Below, piece by piece: positions 53,168 to 61,041 of a stretch of DNA of 64,000 nucleotides. The notes beneath the pieces were generated by a model. The model ran no database searches and was not told where the DNA came from. It was given only the letters and a program-made list of their open reading frames with translations. The position numbers and the translations under genes are program-made. The stretch is from the NCBI GenBank assembly GCA_008690995.1, contig VRMN01000003.1:744001-808000 (forward strand). Reading direction: 5' to 3'. Position 1 is the first letter of the stretch. Each line of letters begins with the position of its first letter. Source of the DNA: Porphyridium purpureum (lineage: Eukaryota).

Positions 53168-54226
53168 ATGAGCGCGTGGGCAATGCGCGCGACGCGCGCA
53201 TGGAGCTCCGTTCGATCTGGAGCAGCAGCGTTGGGATCGCGTCGGTTTGCGGTGGACGTGGAGCAGATCAAGAAACTGCGCGACCGGACGGGTGCACCGA
53301 TCATGCAGGTTAAGCGTGCGCTGCAAGAGGCAGATGGCGACGTGGAGCGCGCTCTACGTCAGTTACATAAGATGGGCGCTGCTCAAGCGGCCAAGAAAAA
53401 GATGCGGACCACTGCTCAGGGCCTTGTTGCCGCTTTAGTGAGTCCACCGACTGCGGCCCTGCAATCCAACGGCGGCCACGCCTCACAGACTGCCGTCTTG
53501 GCAGAATTGCGCTGTGAGACGGACTTTGTGGCTCGCACGAAACAATTCCGAGACCTGATCAAGGCGGTGCTCTTTTCTGCGCAGAAGTTGGTGGACGCAG
53601 GCATCATGACCCAGCGGGCCGTAACGGGGCCTGAGTTTCTAGAGATGGACGGGTCTCAGCAACCGGCCGAAGCGCCCCCGCTCTCTGAGCAGATTGAAGT
53701 GGCCACGGGCGTACTGGGCGAGAAGCTGGAGCTTAGGAGAGTCGGATTACTTGTGCCGCCAAAGCCCGAGGACCAAAAGGCTGTATCATTATTTTCGTAC
53801 GTGCATGGCGCCGTTACTGAAGGTCACGAAGCAGGACGAGTGGCCACAGTAATTGCACTCGAGCACGGACCTAGCGCGGATCCCCTAGCACTTGCGTCAG
53901 CCGGACGAAAATTTGCCATGCATGTCACTGCAGCTAATCCGATTTGCGTGCATCCTGACGAGTTGACGGACGAGGACGTGAAAAAGGGACGGGAGTACCT
54001 ACGTACGGTTCGTGGCATGAGCGGGGAGGTTTTGGAAGACCACCTGGAGCAGTGGAAGCTGGACAGCGTGCTGAACACACAGGAATTTATCGGGCCACAC
54101 GACACGAAAATGGACGATGGTTCGACAGTGAATGTTGCTGCAGTGCTCATCGATACCTCAATTGATGTGAATAGCTTTCCAGTTGCGCTCCGCGTGACGA
54201 ATTTCTTGCGCTACGAAATCCAGTAG
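53168..54226 (+). CDS. TSFM: Elongation factor Ts, mitochondrial
   Basis: IKKLRDRTGAPIMQVKRAL, AQGLV, ELRCETDFVAR, LGEKLELRR and FAMHVTAANP motifs; Arg-rich presequence. Confidence 0.92.
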   Translation: MSAWAMRATRAWSSVRSGAAALGSRRFAVDVEQIKKLRDRTGAPIMQVKRALQEADGDVERALRQLHKMGAAQAAKKKMRTTAQGLVAALVSPPTAALQSNGGHASQTAVLAELRCETDFVARTKQFRDLIKAVLFSAQKLVDAGIMTQRAVTGPEFLEMDGSQQPAEAPPLSEQIEVATGVLGEKLELRRVGLLVPPKPEDQKAVSLFSYVHGAVTEGHEAGRVATVIALEHGPSADPLALASAGRKFAMHVTAANPICVHPDELTDEDVKKGREYLRTVRGMSGEVLEDHLEQWKLDSVLNTQEFIGPHDTKMDDGSTVNVAAVLIDTSIDVNSFPVALRVTNFLRYEIQ

Positions 54227-54350
54227 AAAGGAAGGAAACAGTGATCCAGTGGCACCGCCGCCTCTCAGACATTGTACCAGCCAGCTAGAACAGAAAAGGA
54301 AAGCAACTAGCTTCATGCAAGTCATGGAGTACACACTCGTTCTCAAATGT

Positions 54351-57300
54351 TTATTGTGGCGACATTTCCCCTCTCCTCGTAGAGTCAAGCGAGACGCGAA
54401 ACCCTTGCATGGAACCAAACGAAGCGTATATTTCTGCTTGTGTCTCTTTGCCCTCCACCGGATGGCAAGCCGACTGCTGCTGCTCTGCTTTCCCTCCATC
54501 CACGACTTGGCCTTCGCCCAGATACACGGGGTCAGCGTGAACTTTCAAAGAGCCGTGCGAGGATTTCCAGGACTGCGCCAGACGTGTTTGCGGAATGGCA
54601 CCCGGAAGCAAAGCATGGTACACACCATCTAGCCCCTTGCTCGAGCTTAGAACTGGGGCTAGCTGCAAAATCTGCTCGTCAGACAACCCGCCGAAAAAGA
54701 GGGAGTACTGCTTCAGACACGCTGCCACTGCGCAGAGCGTGATCCTGGTATTCCCCGAGTGTACGAGAAACTGTTTCGCCGCTTGTACCAATTTCTGTTT
54801 CTGGTGCCTCAGCAGCAGTTGCCAGCGCCTACTCAGCGACCGATAGAGTATCTGCAGCGTGAGGCGCGATTTCTGGATGTCAGCAGCCACAAGGAACATC
54901 TTCCATATTCGACCAATGTATTTGTCCATGATTTCGTCAGCGCTTGGAGGCAGAACCCGACCATCGACGCCACCAGTGCCATCTAAACCGCTGAGTGCGT
55001 CCACCGTAAGGTCTACAGATTCTGATTTGTCGGCTGTCGTGTCGAGCCCAAACAATCGTTCGTCATGACAGGTCATTTTCTCGTGAAGGACCACATACCT
55101 CTTCATGCACAGCAGGAGCAGCTGGTCCGTGATCGTATCATCCTGCAGACGCTTTCGCATGCGTGCAAACAACGTCCACATTTGCTTGCTCTGCCCTTGA
55201 TGGGACAATACGCAAATGTATGCTTTCAAGACCTTGTGCTTCCAGTAGATGAATTTGCGCTCTGACTCCAAGTTCAAGGCGCCGTACGGCAAATCGTAGT
55301 ATCGATAATTCCACATCAAAAACAAGTAAGTGCGCTCCGTCACGTCTTCCCGAATCAGTAATTTAAAGGTGTCTGCCGCAGCAGTGCAATCGCCCAAAAT
55401 GTGCCATTGGGTCATAGCAACGTGATACTTGGACTTGTAGTAGTACTCCAATATGCCCTTCTTCACGTGGCATTCGTTTTGGAGGACACGCATCGATTCG
55501 CGAACCAACGTTTCAAAGAGCGTTTTCGGCTGCTCCGGTGGCGACGGTAGCAGTCCTTTGCTACCTGAAGGGAAATCTGAGAAAGGTTCGCAAGACCCGC
55601 CACATTCTAGATAGTCAACGCGACGCAAAGCGGCTCGATCAACGCAGCCATGAACTTTCATGTTCCTCAGCAACTTTAGTCGCGACGCATGAAATCGATA
55701 TGTCGGCTCCAACCGCGCCTGCTGCACCGCGAATTGACTTGCAGTGCTGCCCCCACCGCCGCTGAGCGCTGCGTTCGCAAGAACGTGACTGTTCCAAAAC
55801 GACTCTAAGACACGCTCAGCATCGAATCCAGCCTTGCGCAATAGTTTTCCGCGCAGCAAAAACATGTACGAGCACTCTGCCGCGGCTTGGACGTCCACGT
55901 AATCCTGCGCTTCCTTGGCACCCTGACGAGAGTCACGAGCGACGTCCTTGTGCTCAGCATGTAGAGCATGCGAAAGCGTCCTCGGCAGTCGCTTGTTTGG
56001 CGCGTACCCTCGCAAGCTGATCGAGAGCTCAGCAATTTCAACCCCAGCCCCAGCTAAAAGTGCCACTGGTGTCGTCATTGGATTGCCGGTGGAAACGGTG
56101 ACAATGCTGCGTGATTGATGTTTGACCCGAAGATACAACACAGACACAAGTGTTTCGCATATGAAGAGAATCGCGTCCTCCTTATGTCCTCGCTGTCTGC
56201 TTGCCAGAATCCCACGATACATGAATCCATTCAAATGCAAGGAGTCCGCCTCCTTCTGCTGCTGAAACTTGACATTTGAGTATTTGTCGCGTGTACGCTC
56301 ACGCTGAGAAAGCTTCAAGGCAATTTCTAGGCAACCCTGAGCACGTAGCAACGTGCGCCCAACGTAATCAAATCCAAGTGGCTCATGATGAGGGAGATCG
56401 TCCGTGCGATTGGTGTGATTAGCTGTTCTGCTCTCAAATTCCAGTAGCTTATCCACGTCTTGCTGTGAGTGAGCCTGGTCTCGCAAAAGAATACCCAGAA
56501 GAGCCCACAAAGAAGGCGCCAATGGCTGAACCTGTACCGCTCGCATCGCGCACTTGACCGCGCGGGCATACTCTTCTGCCACGTACACGGGACTCAAGAC
56601 GCGCTTCTCCACTTCCCGCCGCCGCACATATTCAATCTCTAGTTGCTTCGCGCGCGCCATAGCAGTAGCCGCAAAAAGTTCTGCCATACGTACTCGCCGG
56701 TGCGGATCCTGAGCCCCAGGTCGCTGCGATTTTTTCTGTTCGCATAGCACAGCCCGCACAGCTTGATCTATCGTTTTCAACGCTTCGCTCGCATTACCGA
56801 AGCCAGAGCACAAATCCGCGAGCCCTTCAATTGTCGCAATCGACAACCTGAAATCATCTGAGCAGCTCAGTGCGTCATCGACCGACTTCAACTTCTCATT
56901 CTCTACACATGCACCAGTTTCCGTGCGCTCCACGTCCACGTCGACCGTGGCAGGTACTGACACCGGCGCCAGAACCACGTCGGCAAGTCGAATAACGTAC
57001 TCGCGCGTGCGTCGCAGCCTGGCCACACCGGCCGAGTACAAGCCGTCAACCACACTTTCACGAGACAACTCAAAAATGTAAAGACCTTCGTTCAGGTCCG
57101 GCCCGAGCCGGTTCAAAGTATTACTTCCGTGCCCGAGCTCTAGACCACTGTCACCGCCGCTGCGAGCTCCAACCATCCGCCCTTCCAAAGCGAGCCCATG
57201 CACATGATTTCCGCCAAGCAATGCCTCTTTACACGCCGTTGAGCTCATCAGCCAGTGTCGGTGCTGCTCGCCATCGCGCATATTGTAGAGACACTGGAAG

Positions 57301-60300
57301 CACATGAGCAATTCGTGCTGGCAACTGACCAAATCGGTCCAGTCCACATCGTCATACTCATCCTCAGAGTCTTGCAGCAGGTCTTCGACCGCATTTTTCG
57401 CATCCGAAGATGCTACGAGTTGCGTCACAGCATGGATGGACGTGCACTCTGCTGCCGTGCTCTCGTTCGCCTCTGCCAGAATCAGCACGTACGCGTGAAG
57501 TGTAAATGTGTACCACTTCAGCAATGCCGAGCTGGATCCATCGCCAGCCAAATTCACGCCCAACCGCACCAAAAGCCGAAGCAAGAAGGAAGCGACCTGC
57601 AGAACGAGTGCGTACTGTCCAATTTCGATATTTTTGGCCGATACGCTGCTACCAGCCCGGTCGTGGCGGATGTCCGCGCTCCGCAAATCCCAAAAGCATC
57701 GACACAAAGCGAGTACAATACGCGAGCACGTCTGTCGGGCGGCCTTTTGAACGCTTGTACCGGTTGACAAGTGGCCTGGAAACGCTTCGGTCATGCGCTC
57801 AGTAAGGAAGCGGTGAAGCACATCCAGTGCCAGAGCTAGAACGTGTCCAGAAAATCTAATTGATTCACGCGGTGCCCATGCATACTGAGCGCTCGCCATA
57901 CCGGGCACTACGTGCGTCTGTCCTAGCGCTTGTGCCTCACCCTCACAGGACGAAGAACCCACGAGTCTACTAAGTTCCTTCAGTTTCAGGCAAAACTTTT
58001 TCACTAGAAACAGAAATTGGTTCATGTCCTTCAGGTTCTGAGTTTTGTCCGACGACGACTTGAATGAAGCAAAGACTCGCGGCCGGATTGTATTCACCGC
58101 CGTACGAACTTGCAAAGCATGACAAACAATCAACAGGGACATGGCGCGTTCCTGCCGAAAAGCAGAATCTCCAGGAAGTGATTGACCGTCCGCAACAGCA
58201 GCAGATGCCTTTCTGAGAGCTTCGACACGTCTGGTCACGGTTGGATTCTGCAGCATGCATTCTTCGTCCGCGACCGCGTCGTCCAAAAATGGAGCGAGTA
58301 GCTCAATAACCGCACCGTACTCCTGAGATTGAAGATTTTCACGCCACAAGCCATCAATCATTAGCTCGTCAAGCGACTCGACGCAGGCAGCCGCGTGATC
58401 TTGCATACTTCTGGCCACTTGCAGTGCAGGATGCGGTATGCCTTCCTCTGTTTGCGAGACTTGTTCACCAAATACGGCCTCACCAAACTCAGCTAGCTTG
58501 ATCAAGGCTTGGAAGTGATTCGTAGAAGCCTGAAAATCCCCCCCTAGCTTGGCAAGCACGCCACGAAACCACTGCGCTAGCATGCAGATGCCGAATACAT
58601 TTATGTCCTGATTCCCGGAACAACTCTCATCATTGAAAGCCGCGACGCCAAAGTGGGAAGGCTGAGGCATCTGGGATACCAATCGGTGAGCCTGGGCCAA
58701 AAGTCCGACGGAATCACACAAACTGCCGACACCTTCACACATCCTGGCAGCGGCGGTATCAGTGGTAGCGTTTTTCAGAACTAGCGTTTCAACAGCCGTA
58801 TCACAAGCTTCAAGGACGAGGCAGTCCACCACGTACAACCAGGACCAGGTATCCATTGATGATTGATTGGAATCCTCGCTCTTGAACAGATCAGGGCGGT
58901 CCGACTTCATCGACCTGTAGATGTGCATGACGGAATCACAAACCAGCGCTCCTTGATACTGTTTCCCAACACGCGATAAATTCTCATAGCAGCGACGTAG
59001 GCCAGATTCTGCAAGACCTTGGAGCGCATGCTCCAGAATCGACACAGCATCAGTAGCAGTACCTTGTTCATTCTGTTCTCGGACAAATGCCTCTACGTGT
59101 CGACGCTCGGCGTCGTCAGAACGTGCGCAGGGTCCGGCGCCAGCTTCAATCCTATTGCTGAGCTGGTTCACAGACGACCGGTATTCATGGCAGTGCCTGA
59201 CAATCTCAGGAAATACTTCAAAAACCGAGCATCGACGGAACGGTGAGAAAGCAAGCCTCTTAGTTTTAAAGCTGCTGACGCCCTGGTCTCTGCTACAAAC
59301 TTCCGCGCTGCTTTCTCGCCTGGACTTTACAGTACTGCGCAGTGCGTCGATGTCGAGAAATGTGGTCACACGAGCGCTTATCGAGGGACCATCGTCAAGG
59401 TCGCGGTCCGAAGAATCATCGTCTTCATCGTCAGACATCAAATTCCCAGAGCCCTCTCGTTTATCCCTGCGAGTCCTTCTGCGCTCTACTGCCGTAGTGC
59501 AGTCCTGCTGCTCGTTGGCATTCGCATTCCTGCTAGCGTCATTCATATCTGAACAGTCTGCCTCCTTCGTTTTTGCGGAGAGCGGCTGTCCCCTTGTGTG
59601 TGGAAATAAAGGCAACTGATCTTTTCCTTCCTCCCCCTCAAGCACTACCACATCCGAGTCATTCTCATGTACACCCAGCCTGGTGCGCTTTGCACCTTCT
59701 GTGCCGGTGCGGTTCTCACCAAGTGGAGGCACCGTTTCGGCCTGGTTTTCGGATGAAAGCCTAGGGCGCTCGGCGGGGCCTTCCACAATGTGGATGTCTT
59801 CGTCGCTACTGTCCAAGTTCAGCAGCTTGAGTTTGAACGGGGCGCTCAAAAGCGACTTTCTATTAGCTGCGCGTGCTCGAAGTGCGCGCAGCGTGCTTTC
59901 AGCAACGGAGGACCAGCGCTTTTCGGGAACCAATATCACACCAGTCTGAGGTCGCGGCTCCTCGACCGTTCCGACGTCGAAGAAAATCATGTCTTCGTCA
60001 CCCTTCATGGCTTGAATTCTGCGAAGTTTGCTGTTCCTCTCACACAACTCATCGATTTTACGCTGTGTCGCGGTAGACGCAACAGTAACACCGCCGTGAT
60101 CGTTTCCTTTCCCGTCAAGCTGTATTCTGCAATCTTCGACGGACAGCGTAGCCTCACCGAGCGCGCGAGAAATTGTCTCCAGGGCATCGCGGCACGCGCT
60201 GAATGTCGGAGAAGCCAAGAGCCCGCGCTCGAACGCAGCGCGCGCGACGTGCAGCTGGCCCACGCGGCTCGCGGAAACGCCCGTGCGGAAGCACACGACC

Positions 60301-60716
60301 GGATCATTGGGGTGTATTGCGATGGCGCGTACGTAGTGAGTCAGCGCGTCAGCATACTTAGTGGCCGAGAAGCAGATGTCGCCCAGGTTCCGGTGCGCAG
60401 CAAACAGAATCCACTGCGCCCACGCCGCATGACGAAACGGGGACGTTTGGAGCCTGAGCAAGACGCTGCGTAACAGTTCCTCCGCATAGACGAGCGCCTG
60501 CGAGTTCACGCCGCGCCCGTACCTTCGCATTAGGCGCAGCGCTTCCTCGTAGTCTCCGTACACGCGTGCCTCGAGCGCCTCCTGTGTTTGCTGCTGCTGC
60601 TGCTGGACATAACGTGGCGCGCCAGACGGCCCCGCGCGTTCCGTCGACGCGTCCGGGGAGTCGTCGAGTAACACAGGCGGGGGCACATCATCGTTGATCG
60701 CCTGGAACCTAAACAT
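54351..60716 (-). CDS. CABIN1: CABIN1/HIR3-like TPR scaffold (HIRA histone chaperone complex)
   Basis: MFRFQAIND start, TQEALEA...YEEAL, N-terminal TPRs ending RAAFERGLLASP, and C-terminal EPTYRFHASRLKLL resembling plant CABIN1. Confidence 0.8.
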   Translation of the reverse strand: MFRFQAINDDVPPPVLLDDSPDASTERAGPSGAPRYVQQQQQQTQEALEARVYGDYEEALRLMRRYGRGVNSQALVYAEELLRSVLLRLQTSPFRHAAWAQWILFAAHRNLGDICFSATKYADALTHYVRAIAIHPNDPVVCFRTGVSASRVGQLHVARAAFERGLLASPTFSACRDALETISRALGEATLSVEDCRIQLDGKGNDHGGVTVASTATQRKIDELCERNSKLRRIQAMKGDEDMIFFDVGTVEEPRPQTGVILVPEKRWSSVAESTLRALRARAANRKSLLSAPFKLKLLNLDSSDEDIHIVEGPAERPRLSSENQAETVPPLGENRTGTEGAKRTRLGVHENDSDVVVLEGEEGKDQLPLFPHTRGQPLSAKTKEADCSDMNDASRNANANEQQDCTTAVERRRTRRDKREGSGNLMSDDEDDDSSDRDLDDGPSISARVTTFLDIDALRSTVKSRRESSAEVCSRDQGVSSFKTKRLAFSPFRRCSVFEVFPEIVRHCHEYRSSVNQLSNRIEAGAGPCARSDDAERRHVEAFVREQNEQGTATDAVSILEHALQGLAESGLRRCYENLSRVGKQYQGALVCDSVMHIYRSMKSDRPDLFKSEDSNQSSMDTWSWLYVVDCLVLEACDTAVETLVLKNATTDTAAARMCEGVGSLCDSVGLLAQAHRLVSQMPQPSHFGVAAFNDESCSGNQDINVFGICMLAQWFRGVLAKLGGDFQASTNHFQALIKLAEFGEAVFGEQVSQTEEGIPHPALQVARSMQDHAAACVESLDELMIDGLWRENLQSQEYGAVIELLAPFLDDAVADEECMLQNPTVTRRVEALRKASAAVADGQSLPGDSAFRQERAMSLLIVCHALQVRTAVNTIRPRVFASFKSSSDKTQNLKDMNQFLFLVKKFCLKLKELSRLVGSSSCEGEAQALGQTHVVPGMASAQYAWAPRESIRFSGHVLALALDVLHRFLTERMTEAFPGHLSTGTSVQKAARQTCSRIVLALCRCFWDLRSADIRHDRAGSSVSAKNIEIGQYALVLQVASFLLRLLVRLGVNLAGDGSSSALLKWYTFTLHAYVLILAEANESTAAECTSIHAVTQLVASSDAKNAVEDLLQDSEDEYDDVDWTDLVSCQHELLMCFQCLYNMRDGEQHRHWLMSSTACKEALLGGNHVHGLALEGRMVGARSGGDSGLELGHGSNTLNRLGPDLNEGLYIFELSRESVVDGLYSAGVARLRRTREYVIRLADVVLAPVSVPATVDVDVERTETGACVENEKLKSVDDALSCSDDFRLSIATIEGLADLCSGFGNASEALKTIDQAVRAVLCEQKKSQRPGAQDPHRRVRMAELFAATAMARAKQLEIEYVRRREVEKRVLSPVYVAEEYARAVKCAMRAVQVQPLAPSLWALLGILLRDQAHSQQDVDKLLEFESRTANHTNRTDDLPHHEPLGFDYVGRTLLRAQGCLEIALKLSQRERTRDKYSNVKFQQQKEADSLHLNGFMYRGILASRQRGHKEDAILFICETLVSVLYLRVKHQSRSIVTVSTGNPMTTPVALLAGAGVEIAELSISLRGYAPNKRLPRTLSHALHAEHKDVARDSRQGAKEAQDYVDVQAAAECSYMFLLRGKLLRKAGFDAERVLESFWNSHVLANAALSGGGGSTASQFAVQQARLEPTYRFHASRLKLLRNMKVHGCVDRAALRRVDYLECGGSCEPFSDFPSGSKGLLPSPPEQPKTLFETLVRESMRVLQNECHVKKGILEYYYKSKYHVAMTQWHILGDCTAAADTFKLLIREDVTERTYLFLMWNYRYYDLPYGALNLESERKFIYWKHKVLKAYICVLSHQGQSKQMWTLFARMRKRLQDDTITDQLLLLCMKRYVVLHEKMTCHDERLFGLDTTADKSESVDLTVDALSGLDGTGGVDGRVLPPSADEIMDKYIGRIWKMFLVAADIQKSRLTLQILYRSLSRRWQLLLRHQKQKLVQAAKQFLVHSGNTRITLCAVAACLKQYSLFFGGLSDEQILQLAPVLSSSKGLDGVYHALLPGAIPQTRLAQSWKSSHGSLKVHADPVYLGEGQVVDGGKAEQQQSACHPVEGKETQAEIYASFGSMQGFRVSLDSTRRGEMSPQ

Positions 60717-61001
60717 GGCTCGCACGCACTTCTTCTCCCCTCCTCACGACCGTCTGCCGCGCGCTCTCCGCGTGAATCGAGCAGGTGCAGCTTGGCGCAC
60801 ATGCCTCAGCCGCAACGCGCGCGCGCGACTCGACTTTCGCGCCAACCGCGCGAGTGTACGCGCACTGTACTTTATTCGCGGATGTTCAGTTCTAAGGACG
60901 GACTGTACTTCTGCCGACTGCGCAAATGACGCGCATACGCCAAGCGATGAACGCGTGTAGCGCAGCAGGCATCGCACAAGCGTTTACGGACTGCTCGCCC
61001 C

Positions 61002-61041
61002 ACGACATCGACACTCACCCAACGACATCGACACTCACCCA
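61002..61041. repeat. Perfect 20-bp tandem duplication spanning the ATPase stop codon
   Basis: ACGACATCGACACTCACCCA x2. Confidence 0.9.

Noticed and set aside
61002..61041. Direct repeat as a CRISPR-like array
   Set aside because: Only two adjacent units, no spacers, no cas genes, and a eukaryotic context.
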